From an uncultured Candidatus Babeliaceae bacterium (GTDB lineage: Bacteria; Babelota; Babeliae; Babelales; Babelaceae), in NCBI GenBank assembly GCA_963704655.1, contig OY969927.1:800001-864000 (forward strand): a stretch of DNA of 64,000 nucleotides, given 5' to 3'. Under the pieces are notes generated by a model that saw only the letters and a program-made list of their open reading frames with translations, was not told the DNA's origin and did no database searches. A program made the position numbers and the translations under genes. This document shows positions 1-9,626 of this stretch, piece by piece. Positions within the stretch are counted from its first letter, which is position 1; every line of letters begins with the position of its first letter.

Positions 1-605
1 TCAAAAATACACAATGGCGCTCATTTGATTTAGTACAACAGGGCCAATGGAGCAGATATCTTGAAGTGTATCAAAATGTTGCTGCTGCCACAGCTGCTGC
101 AGGCGACCCAAGCCCACTTAATCTTGATGCTGGAACTTCTGGTATCAACGTATTTACCACGTGTGCACAAGTGAGCCCAAAATTTACTGCTAACACCAAC
201 ACTGGTTTTATTTATAACTACCGCGGCTTGCAATTTGAAGGCGGCTTTAACTTCTATGTTCGCCAAGCTGAAGAAATTTCTAAATGTTCATGGAACACTG
301 ATGTTGCTGTTAAAGACGTTGATGGAACTGGCCTTACCAATATTGCACGTACCATTAAAAACAACTTCATCGGCTCAGATATATCGTTAGCTAGCTATAA
401 CCCACTTAGCCTTGCAGACCTTGATTTAAACTCTGCGGCACATCCAACTATGCTATCACACACCGTATATGCTGCTGCTGGCTGGAGTTGGGATGATATC
501 TGTATACCAACATTTGTCGGTTTTGGCGGAACATATGAATTTACTACCGTTAATACGGCACTTGACCGCTGGTTACTCTTTGGTAAAATCGGCATTTCAT
601 TTTAA
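1..605 (+). CDS. Outer-membrane beta-barrel-like protein, 5' partial; paralog of 26747..28192
   Basis: The frame is open from base 3 (KNTQWRSFDLVQQGQWSRYLEV), matching RRSFDLCANGDWSRYLLV in the paralog. It ends in an OMP-type terminal strand WLLFGKIGISF. Confidence 0.7.
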   Translation, partial: KNTQWRSFDLVQQGQWSRYLEVYQNVAAATAAAGDPSPLNLDAGTSGINVFTTCAQVSPKFTANTNTGFIYNYRGLQFEGGFNFYVRQAEEISKCSWNTDVAVKDVDGTGLTNIARTIKNNFIGSDISLASYNPLSLADLDLNSAAHPTMLSHTVYAAAGWSWDDICIPTFVGFGGTYEFTTVNTALDRWLLFGKIGISF

Positions 606-627
606 AACCTGTTAGGGAAAAAATAGT

Positions 628-2379
628 ATGAAAAAATTATTATTAGCATTACTTCTTTTTACGCAATGTGCATATGCACAGAGATCACTTCCTGATGCAT
701 CAAAACGATTTCAGGATAGTTTGAGTTCTTTCTTGAAAAGCAGAAACGCGGCCAATGCCCAAAAAGTAGTCGCGGAATATGACAGCTCAGAAAATACCGA
801 CAAATATCGCCGCACCTTTGATTCTACTTTGCAAACAAATAAAGTCACCATTGCGCAACTTCGCTCACTAGCAGCGGCTCAAGCACCTGCACCAACCAAA
901 GCGCCAGCAGCGCCAACTCCTGCGGTAGTAACTCCAGCACCAAAAGTAACACCTGTAGCGCCAACTATAACAACACCATATGAAGCTCTTCCAAAAACTG
1001 TTCCTGCACCTGCACCAACTCCAGCAGCAGCTCCTGCTCAGGCGCCTACTTCAGCTGGCACACCGCCACCACCACCACCAGCACCAGCACCATATGTAGC
1101 AACAGCACCGAAAAAGACTGTTCTAACTATTGAAGACGAAAGGAATCTTTTTTCAAGAACAGGATCTGCTGTAAGTACTGCTAATAAAGTTTTATCGAAG
1201 CAAAATCCAACTTTAAAAGAAATTGATGATGCTGCAAATGCTCTTAAAATAGTAAAAGGTCAATTAACACTGGTAGAAGCACAAGATAAACAGACAAAAG
1301 ATAAGTTCCTTAAACAAATCGAAAACCAATTATTAAATCTTGAACAACAACAAAAAACACAGGCCTCAAAAGCTGCTCCTGCACAGGCTGAAACAGCAAC
1401 ACACGGCCCAATACAATATGAAGAAGAGGGACCTGAAGTTATAGGCACGCCATTAACAGACAGATTGAAAGTCTTGGGGGGCAATATCAGAGAAGCCGCA
1501 GAAAAAGCCGCTCCTCAACTTGTAGAAAAAGCTGACGCAGCTGCAGCAGTTGTGCAAAAGAAATTTGAGGAAGCAAGCAAAGCTGCTGCTGAAGCTCAAG
1601 CTTCAACAGTTAAATTTTTAGATGAAACGAAGAAAAACCTTTCTGCAGCTTCCCAACAAACAGCTATAAAATATGCTGAAGAAATAAAAAAAGCTGGCGA
1701 TGTTGTGCAACAAAAAACTTCAGAAGTTTTTGCTGAGGCTAAAAAAATTGGCGGAAACGTCCAACAAAAAGCTCAAGAAGCTTATAACGCTGGTATAAAA
1801 GCAGGCAAAGATCTTCTCCAGAAAGCTGACTTTGCAAAAGTTTCGGGCCTATCGAACTTAAACAGTGAAATTCGTGCTGCAGAAGCTAATTTAAGACAAA
1901 ATGAAGCCAAAGCTAGAGCATTACAAGCGGAAGCAATTAAAGCTTATGAAGAATACGTCAACGAAAAATATGCACTAGAAAAAGCGGTGATTGATGCTGC
2001 CAAAGAAAAATATGCTGAAGCTGAAAGCAAACGTACAGGCACAACCACAACAGCATTAGAAGGCGGCGTAACAATGATTATAGAAGACCCTTCACATCAT
2101 GGTAGATTCAATGCAAATGATGAAGCTGAATTGACAGCTGTATTTGCTGAGATGAAAGGTGCAGAAGAAATAGGAACTTCTTTTGCTGAAGAAGAGCGCC
2201 AACGCCAAGAAGGCTATAAGAAGTCTTTAGAGCAAGCCCGCGCTGCTGCACAAGCTGAGGCAGAAGAAGAACATAGAAAAGCAGCAGAATCCTCAAGTTC
2301 ATCAGAACACGAAGAAACTGCACCTGCACATGCACCAGATATTGCGGGACATGCATACGAAGCCTACGATCTATATTAA
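628..2379 (+). CDS. Secreted Pro/Ala-rich coiled-coil protein, candidate effector
   Basis: Signal peptide MKKLLLALLLFTQCAYA, a PPPPPP tract and an Ala/Lys/Glu helical region. The first ~130 aa are shared with 2484..3449. Confidence 0.8.
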   Translation: MKKLLLALLLFTQCAYAQRSLPDASKRFQDSLSSFLKSRNAANAQKVVAEYDSSENTDKYRRTFDSTLQTNKVTIAQLRSLAAAQAPAPTKAPAAPTPAVVTPAPKVTPVAPTITTPYEALPKTVPAPAPTPAAAPAQAPTSAGTPPPPPPAPAPYVATAPKKTVLTIEDERNLFSRTGSAVSTANKVLSKQNPTLKEIDDAANALKIVKGQLTLVEAQDKQTKDKFLKQIENQLLNLEQQQKTQASKAAPAQAETATHGPIQYEEEGPEVIGTPLTDRLKVLGGNIREAAEKAAPQLVEKADAAAAVVQKKFEEASKAAAEAQASTVKFLDETKKNLSAASQQTAIKYAEEIKKAGDVVQQKTSEVFAEAKKIGGNVQQKAQEAYNAGIKAGKDLLQKADFAKVSGLSNLNSEIRAAEANLRQNEAKARALQAEAIKAYEEYVNEKYALEKAVIDAAKEKYAEAESKRTGTTTTALEGGVTMIIEDPSHHGRFNANDEAELTAVFAEMKGAEEIGTSFAEEERQRQEGYKKSLEQARAAAQAEAEEEHRKAAESSSSSEHEETAPAHAPDIAGHAYEAYDLY

Positions 2380-2408
2380 AAGCTAAGCATAGTTTAGAAT
2401 AATTAACT

Positions 2409-2445
2409 AAATAGAGCATCTTCTTTTTAAGAAGGTGCTCTATTT
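2409..2445 (+). terminator. Intrinsic terminator-like hairpin
   Basis: aaatagagcatcttc...gaaggtgctctattt inverted repeat after the CDS. Confidence 0.65.
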
Positions 2446-2483
2446 ATAAGCAGCAATCATGTTAAAAAAAAGAAGAAGAAAAT

Positions 2484-3449
2484 ATGAAAAAAATAGTGAT
2501 ATTACTACTCTGTTTTACGCAAGTTGCATATGCATTAAGGTCGCTTCCTGATGCATCAAAACGATTCCAAGATAGTTTAAATGCTTTTATAGAAAACAAA
2601 AATGCAACAACTGCACAAAAAGTAGTTGCAGAATATGACAGCCCTGAAAATACTGACAAATATCGCCACACATTTGATTCTACACTGCAAGTAAATAAAA
2701 TTACCATTGCGCAACTTCGCTCACTTGCTGCAGTTCCAGCAGCTGCACCAACCAAAGCACCAGCTGTAGAAGCAGCACCAGTAAAATCACCGGTAGCGCC
2801 AACTATAACAACACCATATGAAGCTCTTCCAAAAACTGTTCCTGCACCTACACCAACTCCAGCACCAACGTTTGGTCGTGCTGGCATAGTCTCCCCAACA
2901 CTCAAGCCAACCATTGCACCAACATTAGCTACACGTGCATTAACTGCAACTGAAGTAAATGATTTATTTGCCGCAGCAAAAAGTGCTGTGGGTGATGCAA
3001 ACTCTATTGATCTAAACACCGCAACTGAACAAGTTCTTACTAAGGGCATTGAAACATTAAAGGCTGCCAAGGGAAAACTTACTCAAGTTAAAGAAAAAGC
3101 AACAGAAAGAGCTGCCATAGTTAAAGAAATCGATCAAGCGATAAAAAGACTTGCAACACAGAGACAAAAAATTAAACCAAAAGCAGCAACTCCGGAAGTA
3201 GAACTAGAATTGGCATCAACTTTTGAACGCGAACCAGATATAGTTTCCGCACATCAGGAATATCTAGCAGAGCAAGAAATGGCCAAAGCAGAAAAAAGAA
3301 ACGAAGCTGCAATAGCAGCAGCAACGGCGGCTGCAGCTGCACAACCAGAAAAACCTGCACAACAAGCAGAACCGGTGCAAGCTGCTGAACCAACAGAAAG
3401 AGAATTATTTAGCATGGGAATACATCCATCGATATCAGGAGCAAATTGA
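2484..3449 (+). CDS. Secreted Pro/Ala-rich protein, paralog of 628..2379
   Basis: Signal peptide; RSLPDASKRFQDSL...PTITTPYEALPKTVPAP is shared with the upstream gene. Confidence 0.8.
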   Translation: MKKIVILLLCFTQVAYALRSLPDASKRFQDSLNAFIENKNATTAQKVVAEYDSPENTDKYRHTFDSTLQVNKITIAQLRSLAAVPAAAPTKAPAVEAAPVKSPVAPTITTPYEALPKTVPAPTPTPAPTFGRAGIVSPTLKPTIAPTLATRALTATEVNDLFAAAKSAVGDANSIDLNTATEQVLTKGIETLKAAKGKLTQVKEKATERAAIVKEIDQAIKRLATQRQKIKPKAATPEVELELASTFEREPDIVSAHQEYLAEQEMAKAEKRNEAAIAAATAAAAAQPEKPAQQAEPVQAAEPTERELFSMGIHPSISGAN

Positions 3450-3450
3450 T

Positions 3451-4005
3451 ATGAAAAAACACTATTTTTTTATAGCGCTCTGCATAACAATAAGTTCTGA
3501 AAAGATTACGGCTAAAGTTTTTTCTGAAGCACTTACAGATTTTAGTAATGCAGAAAAAGATCTTTTGGAACTCTACCGACAAGCATCTCCAAATGATCGC
3601 CCCGCTTTTAAACGGCAAATGCTGCGTGCCGGCATTGCACCTGAACAAATTGACGCCGTAGAACCTTCAAAAGTTGCCGCCCCTGTTTCTGCTCCTACTG
3701 CTCCCCCAGCACCACCTGCACCAGCGCCTGCTGCATCAGCTACAAAACAAGAAGAACCAACGCAAGGAACAAATGCTGAACTTATTCAAGCACGCAAAAA
3801 CTTAAAACCGATACCTGCGCCGGCGCCAAAAGCTCCAAGCGCTACAGAAATCGCAGAAGCTGAACTTGTTAAGGCGCGCCAGAACTTAAGAAAAACAACA
3901 CCAAATGCACCAAAAGTATTTGCGCCGCTGCCTGGTAAACCTACAGAAAAAGAGCTTCAAGATGCGATTGCAGAAAGAGCCAGAAAAAGAGAGTTACAAC
4001 AATAA
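3451..4005 (+). CDS. Secreted Pro-rich protein with two WH2-like motifs, candidate actin effector
   Basis: Signal-like N-terminus, PPAPPAPAP, AELIQARKNLKPI and AELVKARQNLRKT. Confidence 0.65.
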   Translation: MKKHYFFIALCITISSEKITAKVFSEALTDFSNAEKDLLELYRQASPNDRPAFKRQMLRAGIAPEQIDAVEPSKVAAPVSAPTAPPAPPAPAPAASATKQEEPTQGTNAELIQARKNLKPIPAPAPKAPSATEIAEAELVKARQNLRKTTPNAPKVFAPLPGKPTEKELQDAIAERARKRELQQ

Positions 4006-4180
4006 AAATATTAAAAAAGGGGCTGTTTGGTGTAGATTCCGCACTATTTTTCAGCCCCCTTGCTTTTAAAAAAACATGAATATAAAAAAATTCAAACCCG
4101 TGAACTTGAAGATTTTTAATAACAATGCATAGTAGATATAATCAAGCTTACTTGGAATCTGCCAAGCATATAGGGAATCT

Positions 4181-5704
4181 ATGAAAAAAATTATTTCTAT
4201 TATATCTACAAGTATACTCGCAATTGGCATATCTGGCTGGTTTGTTTATAACTACTATCTGGCTCCACATTCTGAAGAGTGTCAGCTCCAAAAAAATATG
4301 GCGCCATTTACCCACACAAACTTCCCAAAACATATACCCTTTAAACAAAAAAATGGCTTTATCAATGACGCAAGTTGCCTTAACCAAACGCCTATCTATG
4401 GCATTATAGATATAAGAACAGAAGAAAATATACGTGATGCACTTGCATTTGCCAAAGAAAATAATCTCAAAGTTGCAGCGATCGGCGTGCGCCACAGCAT
4501 GGGCGGCCAAGCATTTTACAAAGATGCGCTAATTTTAGATATGAGCAACTTTAATGACATCAAGCTGAATTATAAAGACAAAACTATTGCGGTTCAAAGT
4601 GGAGCAACCTGGAGACAAATCCAAGAGTTTTTACATCCATACCATTTGTCTGTTAAGGCAATGCAATCGAGTAATATATTTTCAGTTGGTGGATCGATAT
4701 CGGTTAATGCTCATGGCATGGATCATCGAACAGGGTCAGTATCTTCGACCGTGCACTCGCTACGTATTATGCTTGCAGACGGTTCTATTAAAAAGATTAG
4801 CCCACAAGATAACAAAAAACTTTTCGATTTAGTCGTTGGCGGATACGGCCTTTTTGGCATAATTTTGGATGCACACATAGAGGTTACTGATAATGTCATG
4901 TATGAAGAAGTAAAATTCACTATACCATTGCTGCAGCTTCCTGAGACGATTGAAGAAGTTATCCATAACCCCGAAATAGAGATTTTTTATGCGCACCTTT
5001 CAACATCACCAGTCACCTTTCTTAAACAGGCATTAGTCTTTACGTATAAGCCGTATACAAAAACAGCAGTTGAAATTCCGCCGCTTCACTCACCAAGCTT
5101 TTCTGCATTCAAGCGCATGCTGCTTAACCTTTCTAAATCGTCATTTTTGGGCAAACTTACCAAATGGGTTTTGGAAAAATATTTTAACGACTGCGAAATT
5201 GTTGTTGAAGGGACAAAAGAATGCCTTATTTCGCGCAACGCCGTTATGTACGATTCTGTAGAATATCTAAAAAGTAACTTAAGCGGACAAACGGATATTC
5301 TGCATGAATATTTTATCCCCATTGAAAATCTTGTGCCATTTATAAAAGAGCTACGTACTATTTTGATAGACCAAAACGCAACGTTATTAAATTGCTCAAT
5401 TAGGTTGGTACATAAAGAGGATAACTTTTTAACCTACGCGACGCGACCATTAGTTGCGGTTGTCTTATACCTCAATCAGTCGATCTCAGATTATGGCAAC
5501 ATGAAAATGCTACGCCTTACACAATCAATTATTGATAGCGCCCTTGAACATGGTGGCACATTCTTTTTACCATACCAGCTTTACTTTACGCATGAGCAAC
5601 TTTTGCGATCTTACCCACAGTGGCCAGATTTTGTAAAACAAAAACAGCAGTATGACCCTGCCACGCTGTTTACGCAGCATTTGTATGAAAAATATAAAGA
5701 TTAA
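4181..5704 (+). CDS. FAD-binding oxidoreductase (VAO/PCMH family, DprE1/lactone oxidase-like)
   Basis: GVRHSMGGQ FAD motif, SVGGSISVNAHG, GGYGLFGII, C-terminal GGTFFLPY...DP; N-terminal TM helix. Confidence 0.88.
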   Translation: MKKIISIISTSILAIGISGWFVYNYYLAPHSEECQLQKNMAPFTHTNFPKHIPFKQKNGFINDASCLNQTPIYGIIDIRTEENIRDALAFAKENNLKVAAIGVRHSMGGQAFYKDALILDMSNFNDIKLNYKDKTIAVQSGATWRQIQEFLHPYHLSVKAMQSSNIFSVGGSISVNAHGMDHRTGSVSSTVHSLRIMLADGSIKKISPQDNKKLFDLVVGGYGLFGIILDAHIEVTDNVMYEEVKFTIPLLQLPETIEEVIHNPEIEIFYAHLSTSPVTFLKQALVFTYKPYTKTAVEIPPLHSPSFSAFKRMLLNLSKSSFLGKLTKWVLEKYFNDCEIVVEGTKECLISRNAVMYDSVEYLKSNLSGQTDILHEYFIPIENLVPFIKELRTILIDQNATLLNCSIRLVHKEDNFLTYATRPLVAVVLYLNQSISDYGNMKMLRLTQSIIDSALEHGGTFFLPYQLYFTHEQLLRSYPQWPDFVKQKQQYDPATLFTQHLYEKYKD

Positions 5705-6024
5705 GATTTTAAATAAACACCGTCACGCAAGATAGCCTCACGAAAAGTGCCACGGGCATCTGCCAAATCAACAAGATCGACTTTATGCGTCATAGTGAGT
5801 TGCTTAACAATATCTTGGGCTTCAACAAATAAATACGCTGGAATTTCTTTACCGCCATCAAGTGCAAGATCAATATCAGAACTTTCTCGATAATCTCCAC
5901 GAGCGCGTGAGCCGTAAAGTATAATTTTCGCACTGGGAACAATTGCTTGTATTATACCAAGTAATTTCTGAACATATTCAGGCTCAACGCCTCTAAAATA
6001 TTTTTCATAATCTTTAATGATCAT
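5701..6024 (-). CDS. Minimal nucleotidyltransferase (MNT) antitoxin
   Basis: LYGSRARGDYRESSDIDLA matches the GSxxRG...DxD motif; KVDLVD. Confidence 0.9.
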   Translation of the reverse strand: MIIKDYEKYFRGVEPEYVQKLLGIIQAIVPSAKIILYGSRARGDYRESSDIDLALDGGKEIPAYLFVEAQDIVKQLTMTHKVDLVDLADARGTFREAILRDGVYLKS

Positions 6025-6026
6025 AA

Positions 6027-6449
6027 TTACCTATCAGGTAAAAGTCTTTTTAAAATATTTAAGAATAGCATACTATATTCTGGAACGTCCTGTAAAATCT
6101 GTGCCGCACTTTCTTGCTCATAAATATGCGTCGCGCTATTACGATCTTTTATCGAGTCATTCAAAAGTTTCACCTCATCTTCTGAAACAAGTTTATGTTG
6201 CAAAGCAAAACTAAATACCGCTCGCGGGGTTCCAGGAACATCTTAAATACCCTGGTACTCTAAATAAAATTTTAAATATTTCCAAAATGTTTCATAGGAA
6301 AGTTCAAATGCCTTCACGGTTCCTGTAGCTATTGCTTCATATTCTACACTATGTTTTTCTTGACTAGAGCATAGCTTATAAAACTTTTGCACATTCTGCG
6401 CTGCAGAAACCGCATGTTGATACTTTTGTAATAATTTTTTATTTTCCAT
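6027..6449 (-). pseudogene. HEPN (HI0074-like) toxin gene interrupted by an in-frame TAA at 6243-6245
   Basis: KAFELSYETFWKYLK...QGI*DVPGTPRAVFSFA...KDRNSATHIYEQ...PDR*. The frame continues past the stop and holds the R-X4-H motif. Confidence 0.85.
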
Positions 6450-6460
6450 ACACGCTCTTT

Positions 6461-6496
6461 TAATAAAAGGGCCGAATAAATTCGGCCCTTTTATTA
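6461..6496 (-). terminator. Intrinsic terminator downstream of groEL
   Basis: taataaaagggccgaa-taaa-ttcggcccttttatta perfect hairpin. Confidence 0.8.
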
Positions 6497-6539
6497 TCTA
6501 ATTAATAACTAATTATTAATACATTACTGGCATGCCGCC

Positions 6540-6568
6540 GTCCGACTTCGCACAAGGCTTCGACGGAC
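6540..6568. repeat. REP-like GC-rich palindromic element
   Basis: gtccgacttcgcacaaggcttcgacggac with gtccg/cggac ends, in an AT-rich intergenic region. Confidence 0.5.
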
Positions 6569-6602
6569 TTGGTCAATCACATCTAAAATTACTTATGTAA
6601 TC

Positions 6603-8246
6603 CTAGTACATCCCGGGCATTCCGCCGCCGTGGCCGTGGCCCGCATGTGCGCCGCCTGTCTCTTTTTTCTCTTCAGGAATTTCAACAATCACTGATTCAG
6701 TAGTTAAAATTAATCCAGAAATAGACGCAGCATTTTGTAACGCTGTGCGCACTACTTTAGCCGGGTCAATAATTCCCGCCTGGATCATATCAACAAATTC
6801 ACCAGTTTTTGCATCAAAGCCATTATTACCCGATTCTTCACGAACACGGTTAACAATCACCGATGCTTCAAAGCCAGCATTTGAGCTGATAATACGTAAC
6901 GGCTCTTCAAGTGCACGAAGAACAATCTGCGCACCAAGTTGCTCGTCGCCTTCAAGCTTCAATTTTTTAACCGCATCTTGTGCACGGAGCAATGAAACAC
7001 CGCCACCTGGAACAATGCCTTCTTCAACAGCAGCACGTGTTGCATGTAAAGCATCTTCAATGCGATCTTTTTTCTCTTTCATTTCAGTTTCAGTTGCAGC
7101 ACCAACTTTGATAATTGCAACACCGCCTGCAAGTTTTGCAAGACGTTCTTGAAGTTTTTCTCTGTCATATTCAGAAGCAGTGTTTTCAATCTGTGACTTG
7201 ATCTGCATGACACGGCCCTTGAGGTCAGCCAATGCGCCAGCGCCTTCAATAATAGTAGTATCATCTTTAGTAATAACCACTTTTTTAGCGCGACCAAGAT
7301 CAGCAAGTGTAGTGGTTTCTAATTTTAAACCGATATCTTCTGAGATTAATTTGCCCGCAGTTAATACCGCAATGTCTTCAAGCATCGCTTTGCGACGATC
7401 GCCAAAACCAGGAGCTTTAACAGCAGCAACATTCAAGATGCCACGAAGTTTATTAACTACTAATGTTGCTAATGCTTCGCCTTCGATATCTTCAGCGATA
7501 ATACATAATGGACGGCCAGATTTTGCAACCATTTCAAGTATCGGCAAGAGCGCCTTCATGCTTGAAATTTTCTTTTCAACAATCAAAATTAATGGATCGT
7601 TCATAACGGTTTGCATCTTTTCTGCATCAGTTACAAAATAAGGGGACAAGTACCCGCGGTCAAATTGCATACCTTCAACAACGGTTAATTCGCTGTCCAT
7701 CCCTTTTGCTTCTTCAACAGTGATAACCCCATCACGGCCAACTTTGTCCATAGCTTGAGCAATTTGTTCACCAATAAAGGTGTCTGAATTAGCAGAAATA
7801 GTTGCTACTTGTTCGATCTCTTTTTTGCTATTAACTTTTTTAGAACGATTTTTGATATCTTCCACAACGGCAATTACCGCTTTATCGATACCACGTTTAA
7901 GTTCCATAGGGTTTGCGCCGGCAGTAACATACTTGTTGCCTTCGCGGAAAATCGCTTGCGCTAAAACCGTTGCTGTGGTTGTTCCGTCGCCAGCAACATC
8001 TGCTGTTCTACTTGCAACTTCACGCACCATTTGCGCGCCCATATTTTCAACAGGGTCACAAAGTTCAACCTCTTTTGCTACACTGACACCATCTTTGGTG
8101 ATCACTGGCGAACCGAATGATTTTTGGAAAGCGACATTGCGCCCTTTTGGCCCGAGTGTTACTTTTACTACATTAGCGAGTGTGTCTACACCGATGCCAA
8201 TTTTTTGGCGCGCTTCTACGCCAAATAATATTCTTTTTCCAGCCAT
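6603..8246 (-). CDS. groEL: Chaperonin GroEL
   Basis: [25 protein letters not shown] tail. Confidence 0.99.
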   Translation of the reverse strand: MAGKRILFGVEARQKIGIGVDTLANVVKVTLGPKGRNVAFQKSFGSPVITKDGVSVAKEVELCDPVENMGAQMVREVASRTADVAGDGTTTATVLAQAIFREGNKYVTAGANPMELKRGIDKAVIAVVEDIKNRSKKVNSKKEIEQVATISANSDTFIGEQIAQAMDKVGRDGVITVEEAKGMDSELTVVEGMQFDRGYLSPYFVTDAEKMQTVMNDPLILIVEKKISSMKALLPILEMVAKSGRPLCIIAEDIEGEALATLVVNKLRGILNVAAVKAPGFGDRRKAMLEDIAVLTAGKLISEDIGLKLETTTLADLGRAKKVVITKDDTTIIEGAGALADLKGRVMQIKSQIENTASEYDREKLQERLAKLAGGVAIIKVGAATETEMKEKKDRIEDALHATRAAVEEGIVPGGGVSLLRAQDAVKKLKLEGDEQLGAQIVLRALEEPLRIISSNAGFEASVIVNRVREESGNNGFDAKTGEFVDMIQAGIIDPAKVVRTALQNAASISGLILTTESVIVEIPEEKKETGGAHAGHGHGGGMPGMY

Positions 8247-8291
8247 GCTGTATCCTAAATTTTATTATTATTTTTTTATTCTAAAAAAGTT

Positions 8292-8576
8292 TTATAAAAC
8301 GCCAAGAATATCATCTTCACGAACAATTAATAAATCTTTATCAACTTCTGTTCCTGCATACTTGCCAAAAAGAACTTTATCACCCTTTTTAACAGCAACA
8401 GGAATAACTTTACCATCATGTGCTATGCGGCCAGGGCCAACGGCGATAACTTCACCAACTTGGCTCTTTTCTTTTGCTGCATCAGGGATTATAATGCCAC
8501 CGGCACTTTTTTCTTCTGCAGACTCTAAACGTTTAATTACTACACGGTCAAAAAGTGGACGAAGAGTAGAATACAT
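8292..8576 (-). CDS. groES: Co-chaperonin GroES
   Basis: [23 protein letters not shown]; start placed at the ATG at 8576 behind an AAGGAG RBS. Confidence 0.97.
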   Translation of the reverse strand: MYSTLRPLFDRVVIKRLESAEEKSAGGIIIPDAAKEKSQVGEVIAVGPGRIAHDGKVIPVAVKKGDKVLFGKYAGTEVDKDLLIVREDDILGVL

Positions 8577-8707
8577 AAATACTCCTTGAAGGTTACATTG
8601 TGATACTTCTATTAATTGTAAAACAGTATACTTCAACTATATTTTTTGACAATACTTTATACTAAGTGACTAAGATTTTTTAAAAAAACTGACTAAAGTT
8701 TAGCAAT

Positions 8708-8737
8708 AAAAAAGGGGCCCTAAATTGGGCCCCTTTA
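8708..8737 (-). terminator. Intrinsic terminator
   Basis: aaaggggccc-taaatt-gggccccttt hairpin, followed by a T-tract on the minus strand. Confidence 0.75.
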
Positions 8738-8756
8738 ATCTTTAAAAAAAATGTAA

Positions 8757-9473
8757 TTATTGTGCAGGAAGTATTCTAACATCGAAAGATTTTATAACCA
8801 TATTAATTGCACCATCTTTATCAATAAAAACTGGGTCCACGAAACTATTAAATTTTAGTGGCTTGAGTAGTCCACGAAACCCGCTACTAATTTTATAATA
8901 AAGTGGATCTGGTGCTAGAAAATTAATTGTTCTTTCTTCAGCCGGTTTCAAGGTATACTCTGCTATAGGCGCCCTTTCATCTTCCGATTTAAAAAAAGAA
9001 ACTTTGAGATCATCGCTACCGATTGGGTTTGCAAGTTTTACCACGCGTACGTTACGTGCTTGTTGCCCCGTGGTCCCTGTGTATCGTTTAATACGGTATT
9101 CTTGAAGACCAATCGAAAGTGTTCGATTGCTACCACTTGGTTGATAAAATTCGCTTGGGTCAGCTCCATATGGTTGTAAGTTCCAAGTGCCCATTCTACC
9201 ATAACCAACCTTTTTAAATTCAACTTTTTGGAAAGAACCATCTGGTTCTCTTTTTAAGGTTAAATTTAAATCCAAAGTACTTATGTTAGGATCCGTGAAT
9301 ATCTGGGTCCAATCCTGAACTACACTATCATTTTGACCCGTAATTCTATACGCGATTTCTGGATTACCAGGAAGCTCGTTAATTAATTTCTGTATAGTCA
9401 CCTCATCATATGCCTGCAATGATGCAGCTGTTGCTACTAGAGCCAACAGACCTAGTTTTACGATATTTTTCAT
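8757..9473 (-). CDS. Secreted hypothetical protein, paralog of 9627..10391
   Basis: Signal peptide MKNIVKLGLLALVATAASLQA; shares EFKKVGY, WNLQPY and YQPSG. Confidence 0.8.
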   Translation of the reverse strand: MKNIVKLGLLALVATAASLQAYDEVTIQKLINELPGNPEIAYRITGQNDSVVQDWTQIFTDPNISTLDLNLTLKREPDGSFQKVEFKKVGYGRMGTWNLQPYGADPSEFYQPSGSNRTLSIGLQEYRIKRYTGTTGQQARNVRVVKLANPIGSDDLKVSFFKSEDERAPIAEYTLKPAEERTINFLAPDPLYYKISSGFRGLLKPLKFNSFVDPVFIDKDGAINMVIKSFDVRILPAQ

Positions 9474-9626
9474 AAATACTCCTTTTTTATATATATTGTT
9501 ACAATAATGTAAAATACACTATCAATATGGCAAATTTTATTCATATCTGTCAATATTTTATGAAATTTACTATTAAGGGCCCCTTTTTTAAGGGACCCTT
9601 GATAGTGATAATTCTTAATTTTATTA

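Noticed and set aside
6243-6245. Stop-codon reassignment or programmed readthrough
   Set aside because: TAA terminates most genes in the window normally, so a nonsense mutation or sequencing error is simpler.
6745-8589. Plus-strand ORFs of 135-269 aa
   Set aside because: Antisense shadows of groEL/groES.
8577-8705. CIRCE or CtsR operator upstream of groES
   Set aside because: No TTAGCACTC-N9-GAGTGCTAA. Two TGACTAA words are present, but their spacing does not fit a CtsR box.
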